Part shown: positions 23,982 through 38,207 of the stretch, piece by piece
Layout of the letters: each line of letters begins with the position of its first letter
How positions within the stretch are numbered: position 1 is the first letter of the stretch
NCBI GenBank assembly: GCA_016748015.1
Contig: JAAOMT010000553.1
Location: 1 to 64,000, forward strand
Origin: Geosiphon pyriformis uo1
Lineage: Eukaryota > Fungi > Glomeromycota
DNA length: 64,000 bases
Direction: 5' to 3'
Notes under the pieces: model-generated
The model's input: the letters and a program-made list of their open reading frames with translations, nothing else
What the model was told of the DNA's origin: nothing
Databases searched by the model: none
Translations under genes and position numbers: made by a program

Positions 23982-24883
23982 NNNNNNNNNNNNNNNNNNN
24001 NTTTATTATTTAATCAATTACCACATATCACGATTCAATTAAAATAATCTAATTAGTATAACAGAAAGTAAGATGATCAAATTACACAATACTCTGAACT
24101 TTGTAACATTCAAAAATTCGCCGAAATTTACAGAAATTCGCCGAAATTATGAATAGTTCACCCAAATTAATCAATAGTTCAGCGAAATAACTTGTAGTTT
24201 ATCAAAATGTATCTTTAGTTTGCCAAAATTTGAGCAAAGAGAAAAAGTGCAAGTTCATAGACTAGTACTACAACAAATTGTATAAAAGAAGAGCTTTTCT
24301 CTTCTGAAAAATGTATCTTACTTTAGATTTATTACTTAGAACCATTCCTACACACACAAAAAGAAATAAATATCAAATAATTCGAAAAACCAAATTCTTT
24401 AATTATTGCACTTGGAAAATTCCCAAAACCCAACTAATGTTTTGAAATTGATTAGCTACTAATTTCGGTAAACTGTTAGTGACTCCAGGCCTGGATAGAA
24501 AAACGTTTCCCTTGATAAAATCCTATTTCTTTTACATTTCTTTTATTTTTTTTTTCTTTTCTTATTACAATTATTAGGGTAGCCTACAGATGAGATTTCT
24601 GTAGAAGAGTTGACTTTTACAGCAAAGTAACTACACATTTTTTAGTGAGCTTCCAAACGAGCAATTTCTGAGAAAGAGTTGATGTTTACTACAACATAAC
24701 TACATAAAGTAACTGGCAAGGAATTGGTCATTCCACTTATAAGCCCAACAATTCAAATTATAGGAGATAATTTGAAGATAAATTCAGTTATTGAAGGTTC
24801 AACTACTTCTAGAAAAAAACATGAATTGCAACCAACAGACATTTACAACATTCAAGAAAAGAGACCAAAAACCTCCGGTAACA

Positions 24884-27240
24884 ATATCAATAATATTTTG
24901 ATTAATAATAAAAAAACAGTTACTATTTTTATTAATCAGAGTGTTAAAACTGCCTCATTAATAATCAGTAATTTGTTAATTTCAATTGCTAAAAAAGGTG
25001 AATTGTGCAGGTACTTGGAAATTTTTTTGTCAATAAAAAGTTTTTTTAAGCTTAAGTTTATACTAATGTTAGGTTTTTTTCTAATATGGTGTTAAGAAAA
25101 GCAATTATAAATAAACAGTTTTTTTATTTGATATTGGCTGTCTTGTAGCCTATTGTTAATTATTAATTATAGTTTAGTTTTGTCTTATCAAGTATATATT
25201 ATAAATAAGATATAATAATTAGAAAAAGTTTTAAAACTAAGACTAGTTTGCCACAAAACTTTTTCAATAAAACTTTGCATCATCTATTTTTGTATAGTTT
25301 AAAGCCTTTTGAACAAATGCAATTTAAAAAAAAAATGGCATTATTGATTGCTTTTTTTAATATATTAAGCATTCTTGGATGTTTGTTTAAATATAAGCTT
25401 TTGGATTTACAAGTTCTAAAGTGATCTTCTTCAAATTCACTGCAGTTTCCTATCAAGTTGTATATTAGTCCAATAAATAATTTTTTGGTTAAAGTAGTAA
25501 AATTTTTTTGGACAATAATTTATTTTTGGTAAACAATTTGTCTTGTATATTTCATAATCTTAGTAAATTTCTAATATTAAACATTTTAGGAAAATTTCTG
25601 TATTATAGTTTTGCTTTTTTTTTGAAATAATTTGGAGTTGTATTTTGTAACAAACTTTTGAACAAAAAAGAAAATATGATGAACTGAAAAACTTTTTATT
25701 AGTAGAAAAAATTAGATTCTAAAGGTCTTGTGTTTTATTGATTTAAGTTAATATCTGAATTTTTGAATAATAAAAGTTCTTTAGTGGTTAATTCTACAAA
25801 AAATAATAAGTTATTTAGGTTAAATGTTTTGAAATCTAATGAATTCTCTAATATACAAAAGAGCTTGCTTAAAGTTTGGTCTAATTTTTTTAAGATTTAC
25901 ATAAATGGTTTTTTAAAATATACTGGTTCTATTAAAATTGCTAATGAAATGACTACTTACTTTTTAGTTATAAATACAAGCATTGATATTAAAATATATA
26001 GACTTTTATTCTCCACAATAACCAAATTACAGACTGTTATACTGTTTTTAAAATGTGTTTTATTTTTTTATGCTGTAGTTTTGTATTTAAATAGCCAATT
26101 TGCTATTGATACATGTGTTTTTAAAGTTTTGCTTATTGCACCATATTTTCGTAATTAGTGCTAAACAGAAAGAAGACATATTACCAATCTAATTAAAGAT
26201 AAAAACTTTTCTGTTAAATAAGTAAAAGTTAAAAGTTATTTAGATATTTTAAACAATATTAAAACTGATATAATGACAAGTAAGACTGTTTACTTTCTTT
26301 TTTTTTTGCCAACTGAGATTTGAAAACAGTTTATAATGGCTAAAGAAATAGCTATGTCTAACAATGCTTATTATTTTGTTTGTAATCTGTACAAATTTAT
26401 TTGTTGTGCTTAATGAAAAAATAATTCTAATTATAATGTAATTCCAAATAGGCTGATCAGAAAGATGAATTAATTGGTTATCATAAGAGTTTAACATCCT
26501 AATTTACACATATTTAATAAAAGCAGTACACAAATAAATATCAATAACAATTAGAAAAAGATTATATAATAAGATGTATCTTAATATATTGTGTTTATTG
26601 TATAATAAAGTAGAATTGTTTGATCATGTTTTTACTTATGTTAAGAATAATAATATTTAAGAGAAAATTTTAGAGAAAGCTTTTATAAAGTAGATGTTAT
26701 TAGTAAGTATTTACTGCCCATCTTTTTTTGTTGTCTTGCAAACACTTTTTTAGTGTTCTTTAAATATAAATCTATATATGATAATTTACAAAGAATTTGT
26801 GCTAAGAGATAAGACTATTATAGTTTTTAATGGAAAAGTAAAAGCTATTTCTATTTTTGTTAAGTATGTGAAATATTTGGTAAAATTACATCACACTAAA
26901 ATTTGGTTTATAAGATTTAAGCATAAGATAGACATAGAAAAAACTGAATTAATTAAAAATAGTAGTTTAGTTTTAGGTTTGTCTTGTTATATAGTGTTTA
27001 TGTTATCAGATAACATAATTCAATTGTTTGATATAATAAATTTTTTTGCAATTAGCTTTGGTAGATACAGACTTTGTTTTTTTTTTTGGTTTGAATAAAG
27101 ATACATATGTTAGTATAGATATTTATTATTATTTTTTTTAGTCTAAGTGGCTGATTACATATAATAAAAGTATAAACTGTATTTAGTTTAAGCCATTAGT
27201 TTGGTTTTATACACTAAATAGCAGTTAGACTTCACTCATT
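24884..27240 (+). mobile_element. Decayed non-LTR (LINE) retrotransposon with RNase H; its upstream part is 15060-15114
   Basis: Removing element A restores TQYILNIANEFFNI|NNILINNKKTV (post-DD RT region). ORF 25763-26158 is an eroded RNase H (YxDG..STxAELQ..LDSQ). Confidence 0.75.
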
Positions 27241-27655
27241 AAAATATTAATAAAAAAAAATTAAGTTTTATTATTATTATAATTTATATTATTAAAAAAA
27301 TTAAAATAAATAAATAAATATTATAATAATAAATTTTTTTTTAAGAGTTTCTGCTTTTTGTTAAGTAGTAATGTATTTTTATAATGTTTTTTTTAATGTT
27401 TACTATTTTTTTCTTTTTGGAAAATTTCATAATTAATTCTTTTTTTCTTAGATAAGCTTCAAGTAATTGAATATCATTTATTTTGAAAATATAAAATGTA
27501 TTTATTGTTATGTAGAGATGTTGCAGTATGCTCCATATACGTTTTTAAATAGTTACATTATTATATTATTATTTTTAAAATAATATTCAAAAAACTTTTA
27601 ACTTAATAAAAAAGTATGCATCAAAAGAACGCCTTGCAGATTTTAAAAAACTTGA

Positions 27656-27674
27656 CCAATGATATATCGCCACG
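27656..27674 (+). promoter_or_regulatory. Perfect ERSE-I consensus CCAAT-N9-CCACG
   Basis: CCAAT(27656-60) GATATATCG CCACG(27670-74), ~90 bp upstream of the TRAP-alpha ATG. Confidence 0.6.
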
Positions 27675-27762
27675 CCTTTCTTCAGATCTTTACACGCATT
27701 TTACATTTTATAAACAAATTTTTTGGTAACTTGCAACTTGACTTTCAACTATTGTTGAAAAG

Positions 27763-29215
27763 ATGGCAGGAATAATAAAAAATCCATTCGCGATAATACT
27801 CTTTGTTATATTTTTACTGGGACCTTTTATAGGTATTTTTTGAACTTTGATAACTTTAGTTTAGTTTTAATTGGGTTCTGAATAGATATTGGAAAACCCG
27901 AAGTTCACATTTAAACACTTCTATACTTTTCAAGCCTCTATTTATTTTTGACTTTTGAAAAACAATGAATCGAATCATATCCAATAATTCATTAAAAAAA
28001 ATCATTTTTCATTCAAATCCAATGACACATAAAATTCCCAGCTTTCGCTGCCAATAAAGATGAGGATGTGATATTAACTCCATTAGATGAGGTGGAATTA
28101 CACGGTGAACTAGTAGAAAACCCATTCAATCGTACGTATAACCATTATATTTTATTTTCGTGCGTACAATTGATTTTAATTTAATTTAATTTAATTAATG
28201 ATGTTGCGTGCTCACTTTCAAACGCGTTTTTCCTGATTCTTGCAAATCGTTACTAAATAGTGGTAACGAATGGACAAAAAACAAAAGTGCTTGTCACCTT
28301 CAATAACAAGGGCCATAAAAATTACACGGTCAGAATCATTTCAGGCGCTTTGGTGAATTCAGATAACTCCAGCGATATTATTCGATCAGTAAGCTATCTT
28401 ATTTCTGATTTTCATGGTATTTTTCGATGTCATAAAATTCTCTTCTCAATCCGCTTGCATGACACTAGTTGCCATCTGTATCATACGATCACACCGTTCC
28501 ATCGATGGATCACGCGGATTTGTACTACAGTTTCCACTCCGAGTTCAGACCCCAAGATTTGGATTTGATAATTTCGGTTGCCTACGCCGATGAGGTACGA
28601 TTTTTTTACGTATAGAAATGCCGCGTAATCTTAAAATTTCAAAATATAAGCTTATGAAAAAATCTCTTGCCCAGGAAAATAACCGCTATAAAGGAGTCGC
28701 ATTTAATTCTACCGTCCGCATTGTTGAGCCTGAGCAATCCCTCTTTGATTTGCAATTGTTAGTAATATTTAATATTCATTTTTATTGAGAACACTCTAAT
28801 TTGATTTCTCTTCGCATCTGTAAAATTCTTGGACTAAAATGACGCTTAACAATCATTATCTTTCCATGTCATCATCTTTTTTTACCTAGACTCTTCTTAT
28901 ATTTTCTCCTGGCCTGTATCCTTGGTGGCGTAGGCTTTGTTATTTATCAAGCTTTCATGGGTGGTGCCAAGGCAAGGCGATATCAAAAGGTATAGTACCA
29001 AATAGCAATGTAATATTTCATAAAACCAATCCACCTTGTATAAACTGTAAAATTTTCCCCAGGCTCGAGCCCAGAAAGTAGCCGATAAACAAGCGGCCGC
29101 TGCAGCAATCGAACTGACTCAATACGACGAGAAATGGATTCCGGAAAACCATCTGAAACCTCAGCCCCAACGTAGCATGTCTCGGAGTAAAAAGAAGGAC
29201 GAAAAGGGAGAATAG
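27763..29215 (+). CDS. SSR1: Translocon-associated protein alpha (TRAP-alpha/SSR1, Irc22-like), 7 exons
   Basis: Spliced: signal peptide; ENPFNLVTNGQ; YSFHSEFRPQDL; AFNSTVRIVEPEQSLFDLQLLFLY; TM segment; C-terminal YDEKWIPENHL. Confidence 0.88.
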
Positions 29216-29768
29216 AGAGTTTGGTACTATTCGCAACCAGAAATTTCCAATTAAGAGATCTGTTCACCATACATCCTCACATTGTATTTACTAAATTTGT
29301 GATACTTTTTGGATGAATAAGATCACTTCATTGTTGAGATACTTGCCATCTTTGGAGCGTTCAATTAGAAATAACTTCTAAAACAAAATCTTAATCTCTT
29401 TACAAACCCATCACCCATTTAAATTTTATCATGTTTATGGTTTTATTACAAATTAAATAAAATTTTCCCTTGTATGAACTATTATTGTAAAGAAAATTCA
29501 CGAATCGTAATAGAGATGATGGCTCAACAACATCGGTTGATTTATCTAAAGCACAACTTCCATTATTAAGGATCTTAAAAATCCTTAGCTGGGACTAGTA
29601 AACAATAGTCATGAATTTCTCTCCTGAAATTGTCGTTAACGGGATAAAGCGATAAGCTAAGTCATGAAGATCTCAAAGAATCAATTTAGCAAAAGTTTCA
29701 AGATATCCGGATGAAATCAAGGAATAGATCACAAAAAATACTTGGCCCAAATCCATCGATCAGGGCTA

Positions 29769-32463
<2,695 letters not shown>

Positions 32464-33683
32464 GATTAATAAAATGTAGTCAAGTGGCTAGATTTTCAAA
32501 ACTAGAGATCTTAAATTATGGCACGATCATCTGCATCTAGAGAATTGGCTATTGCCATATTCGATCAAAGCTTAATATTAAATTTGCTTTCTTGAAAAAT
32601 GGCCCTCTTAACTGTGAGGCATGAGGACTCTTCTCTGTAGCGTTGTTCAAAACTACATGTGCTAAGGTTAGAAACCACTTTTCTCATCTTTCCAAAGGCT
32701 TTTTGCATCGACGAAAAAAGGTGATCAGTGATAATACTTTCGTAAGCTACTTTCGTAAGCTACTTTCACGCGTTTACTTGTACCTTACTGGATTTTCTCG
32801 TTTTATTTAGTTTAAAATACTCAAGATCATGACAAAGCGGAAAATCTGGATACCATTTTAAATAGCTTAATTTGCAACTTTCAATGGGTTAATGGGGTTC
32901 AATCGTTTATATCTGGAAGGATGGAATGATATTCTTTTCATGAATACACCCAAATATAAGGCTCGAGTTTCCTTTCTACTAGTAAACTTCTTGAAATCAC
33001 ATTTATTGTGATAAAAATAATGGTTTGGATTCAAATCGCGTTAACTTGCTCGCTTTTGACTACAATCTGACTATATTCCTTGCATGATGGGTCTAATTTT
33101 GGATAAAATCGGAAACTGGATTTATCATATCTGGTTTGTAGTTTGGAATTTCACGATCAAACTTTTATTTTTCGATTACTATAATTCTCAGAATCAAAGT
33201 TTTAGGGTTTTAGAGATTCTTTTCCTCTTCATTATATTATTATCAATTTGCTGAAAAATTTGACAGCGACTTGTCGAATTTAGCAATATGTCTTTACATT
33301 AATGCAAATATTATGGTTTGACCCTCATGAATTTCTTGAATGCAATTATGGAATCCAGATTGCTGTAAGATATTTATGCGCAATTCTAAAGCTTTAAACC
33401 AAAAAAATTGCTGGTAGGCTTTTTGAAATAATTTTTATTTTTAATTTGGTCGCGTGCTAAATAAATATTCGTCAATTTTATAAATTTGATATCTGTTTCA
33501 AAAAATTAATCTATCAGTATCGCAAAAAATAATCGGTATAATCACAATTTGAATTTTACAATATCAAAAAGTTATTATTGATCGTCAACTAGTGGCTTAG
33601 TGAAAATTTTGACGATATTGTCAAATAAATATCAATATTTGCTTCAGTTAGACAACTATGTCTTCTCTAACTAAAGATTTAAC

Positions 33684-36600
33684 ATGTCATCGTCGGTTGA
33701 TTCATCCTCGTAAGTGCTTTGTTGGCTTTGGAAGTAGCTACTCTTTCTATTTTTTACTTTCCTCACATTGGTAAAAACTATAGGCCTACTGTGATAAATA
33801 ACGAAATACTTGTCGAGGCTGTAATTGGTAAGGCTATGCGTGTTTTGTCATTTGACAAAGCTTAAAATATCTGTCCATAGCGCGTTTTTTACCAAGTTAC
33901 TTAACACTTTTTCTTTCATTATCTGAATTCTGAATAGAGACTTTATCAGACTTAAATCTTGGTGTTTCCGCGTCACAACAAATCACAGACAACAATGATT
34001 CTACACTTTTATTACCACAATTCAAGGATATCACGTCGTTTTTGGATGTGGTCACCCAGGGTACTTTTCGAAATATTTCTCGTGTAATTAAGGCGTTCTC
34101 TATGTTTTACATCATATGAAACAAAACTAGATCCAAATATCTGCCTTGTTTTTGTAAAAGTATAGAATTCCAAATTGGTCAGCTTGTTCATCTTGAATCA
34201 TTTGGTCTCTATGATGCCATGAGCTCGATTGAGGTGTGTAATTTTATAAAATGTTCCAGGTTCTCAAAATATACATTGTAAATTTAATTTATTCATTTTT
34301 TTTAAGATAATGGATCCGAAAATGGACAGTGGAATGATCCTAGATAGTGATCTTACAAAGGAACCTTTTGTTTTGAATACACGCTTGAACCCTAAACAAG
34401 TTCTTGGTATAATTGATCGATTATTTATATGCGAGGTAAATTTAGCTTAAAACCTCAATTGATCGTAATGAGAATTCTCTCGATTCATTTTTAGTTTTTC
34501 AATATAGATGACGTGGCATTCTGGACATTCCCTCTCTCAAACCCTTTTCACATGCATGTACTTACATCACATATTGGAACTAAAGGCAGATTTATTCTCT
34601 GATTCCCCTATTATTGGTGTTGATCATGATTCATCAGAGTTGCCAATCGAATTTGTTATTTTAGTCCTAAAATCTTATATTTTGGGTACTGCCAAGTGCA
34701 GTTATTTCGTATTGGAAGAAATGACGAAGGGAAACGTTTATGAGGTAACTGGATTATTGGAAACCTAATCAATTTTCCTATTCTGAATTTTCTCCAACTT
34801 TTCTCTATCATTCTTTTTCTCTACTCATCAAGGAAGAGGATTTTGCCACCAATAAATTTGGCTTAAACCTCCATGAAGATTATCCAGAGTCACATGTTGT
34901 TAATTTGCTTGATGACGCTATTGTATGGTTAGATAAAGTAGGTCGCACTTGGATATCTCAACATGGTAAGTCTTCATTTACTTATAAGTCTTGTTTATAT
35001 CATATAATAATTAATTAAGATTTTTAAATTTATTAGATTTCGAAAATTGCGATGCGCTCATTCAGGCACTTCAGTGTCGACTTCGATTGCGCAAGGTTTG
35101 TTTTGTGTATTAAAAGGTAGCAATCCTTTAGTGCTTAGATTTTTCCCATAAACATTATCAATTCTTTTATTAGTCTTTTCTCTTGGCTCTATTCCATCTA
35201 TCGCAGCCGAGATGCCAACATTATGCATCGGCTCAAAAAGAACTCATAACGACATTACAGATATTAACGGGGACGAAAAGTGAGCCCGGTATTAAGGATA
35301 CAATAAATCTTGGGCTTGAAGTTGAAGGAGGTAAATGAAATTAATTGAACCTTAATCTTTTATTTTATTTATACATTATAAAAATCTAACGATATATTTC
35401 ACCAGCCTTTGACCCTTTAATAAATCGGAAACTTGTTTCACAGACACCACCAAGGCCAATCCGTCTTTTATCAATGCAAGAGGTAAAGTTTGCTAGTTAG
35501 CAAGAACATCATTTCCAATATTTACTAATTGACAGAATTTTAAACAGAGTCTTGATCAAATGCTCAATCTCCTCCAAAACACTCACTCAATATGTGGCAT
35601 CATTGACTACAAATCAGTCGATATCTTAATAGTGAGTTTTCATTTTATAAAACGGACCTATCTCTTAAAAAGCTTGCTCACTAAATTCATTTTCAGAATT
35701 TTTTTTATTATCATGCTGCACGTCAACCCTCCCCGTGCGCATTCTCAAGATCACTATTGCAAGTAAGTTAAGAAGCTTGTATATCCCTTCACGTTTTAAA
35801 ACCAGAGGCTCAAGAAATTGACATATTTTTTCTTTCAGTCTACCTTTTGCACGGAAAACCGTATTTTGGGAAAATTTACTATATACCAAATCCTCAAAGA
35901 TTCTGTGACTGAACTTTCAAATCCGCCATACGTTTATTTTTCAACACGAACTGAAATTGAAAAGCCACAAAACGGTGCGGCAGTTGACGATAGGGCTCAA
36001 ATTTCCCGCCTTGTACACACATTCATGGAAAGTTCATCCAAGGTATGTGCCGTTTTTATCAAATCAAATTTTTTGAAATTGAATTGAAAAATCACATTAA
36101 CACATATTTAAGCCATTGACAGATTTTTATCGGATCCTTTGCCATAATCGATCCAGACAACGGCGAAACATGTGCAAAGTTTTGACGGACTGGGACCTTT
36201 TACAGGAAGAAGTAATATATTCGTTGCTTTCATATTTAGACATGTTTAGCTGATTGTGAAAATGAGCACATTTCAGTCTTGAGAATCAAATCCTCAAAGA
36301 TTATCAGAATGTAGATTGGTTTATTTGGCTCTTGCCGTAAGTAACCCCCAAGTCTGCCAAGCAGTTGACAAAAGACTTTTGAGGGGAGGGTAGGCCGAAA
36401 GAACGATATGATTTAAATGATCCTGCATATAGAGCCCTGATCATATTTCTGGGCTCTCCAACTTTGTCAAGTTGAGAAGTACACATTTTCACAATCAGAT
36501 GCAAAAATCAAATTTATAATGGTTACTGACAAATCATTATTCAGGCTGAACAAATTGATTCCGAATTACATCACCTGATTAAAGAAGAACCTATCATAAC

Positions 36601-37942
36601 TGAAGTAGGTTCCAGAATGCCTTAATAAATCGTTTCATATTTGGTTGTTAATATTTTGGAATTTTGCTAGGATGGGCCATCCCACTCTTATTATCTATCT
36701 TCATGGGTATATCATCGAAAATTAGTGCTATCACAGGAAATCTTATTTCTCGGTTTTGAATTGGGTTTGTATGGAAATCATGAATTCGTAATGATTTATT
36801 GGTAAGTTAACATTCAGCTGCATTAAACCAATCAAAAAAACCAAGTTTCAATTGACTATTTCTTTCGTACTAGGTATCTTGATTATTTGCTCGGAGTTCA
36901 TTTCCAACATCTTGAAAGGATGGCTTTACATATTAACTCCAAAACATCCTCAACAACTAAAGGTGATTTAAAACTTATTCAAAAGATTAAGTCATAAATT
37001 GTATTACTAAGGTTCAAATTTTTATAGAATTAAAGAAATCAAAGAAACAAAAAGCTTTGAGAGCTACCCCTCCATCAGCGCCTTCGGTTTCATTACTAAC
37101 AAGCAAAAAAATCATGATGACAGCACGACAGGAAATCTGTCGCGGAATATACAGGGTAACCTCATTTTGTCGGCTCATGTTTGTCTTGATTTTTGGCAAG
37201 AATCTAAAGTTAAGTCTCAAGTCATATTGGTGAGTAGACGATCACTGCTCTACAAAAAACTGGCCATATTTTGGTCCCACAACTTGAATACGATGACGAA
37301 AGTATTCGCTTTTGGCACCGATTCCTCATGTATCGAAATTTGGGCAGCCCGACCATGTTGACATTTAGTGAATTTAAAGAAAATACGAAATTCCAAAATT
37401 TGACGGTATGCTTCTTATTTAAATCATCAACATCACAAAAAAAATCTCTTTCAGTTATTCATTTTACTATTAAATATCAGGCAATCGATCTCTTGGCAGC
37501 ATCCAAGAAAAATTATGAATCTGCAAAATCAGCAATTGAAAATCTTTTAAAAATGAAGCTTATCGATTCCCGGATGGATTTGTGTGAATCTGAATTTCAA
37601 AATGTAAAGCAAAATTATGTTTTGATTTTAGAATTACCCAACGGAAAAATTGACTTTTTTCTCTTGCTAATTTAGGATTTGAAGGCCATGTTTCGCGTAT
37701 GCATCGCGAATATTGTAGGGGTGCAGAAAATGCTTGAAGATACAGAAATCCTGTTATTCAGTAAAGACGTTGCCATAAAAATGAAAGACAAGCAAAAGAA
37801 ACGGCCCAAATATCAGCCTAAACCAGAATCATCATCCCCTCCAAAAAATGAAAATTCGACACCAGAACATACGAGAAATAAAAATGTGAACTTTAATTTT
37901 AGATATCATCCTTGGTACCCAGTAATAATATTGCAGAGTTGA
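33684..37942 (+). CDS. MAK10: NatC auxiliary subunit Mak10/NAA35, many exons
   Basis: LYDAMSSIE|IMDPKMDSGM, MTWHSGHSLSQTLFTCMYLH, GNVYE|EEDF, LCHNRSRQRR, LGFELGLY, IRFWHRF, terminal HPWYPVI. Confidence 0.92.
36250..36498 (+). ncRNA. Structured intronic RNA in MAK10 intron 36212-36544 enclosing a candidate poison exon (36277-36336)
   Basis: 15-bp perfect, ~27-bp total stem 36250-36276/36472-36498 plus internal hairpins; cryptic AG at 36275-76 and GTAAGT at 36337. Confidence 0.55.
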
Positions 37943-38207
37943 TTAAATTTGTATTTATCAAACTTAGATTTCAATTTTTGACGAGAACACAACATTAAAG
38001 GCTGTAACTTTCCAGCTCATTAGATTAATTATGTCACCTTTGATATACAAGAGTAATATAATTAAATAAATGCTGACAATTTATATTAGCTAAACTTGAA
38101 ACTTCTGGAAAAGGCAACTTCAAAATTCAATTTTCTGAATCATCTTCAAAAGGTCAAAATTTCGATCTAAATCATGAAATAATTTTTGTTTCAAAGCAAG
38201 CAACACT

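Larger units (their letters stand above)
15115..24883 (+). mobile_element. Near full-length Ty3/Gypsy LTR retrotransposon (family A) with dUTPase and extra ORF; 4-bp TSD ATAT; inserted in a LINE RT
   Basis: 5' LTR 15115-16089 (TG...CA); PBS TGGTGCTTTCCC at 16092; 3' LTR 24002-24883 (start lost in N gap 23982-24001); ATAT at 15111-15114 and 24884-24887; domain order PR-RT-RH-IN. Confidence 0.95.

Noticed and set aside
36337-36352. TAACCC as a telomerase RNA template, or the intron as RNase P/MRP, SRP RNA or a TPP riboswitch
   Set aside because: The sequence is TAACCCCCAA, not a 1.5-repeat template; the P4 (GAAAGUCCCC), SRP helix-8 and TPP consensus motifs are not found on either strand.
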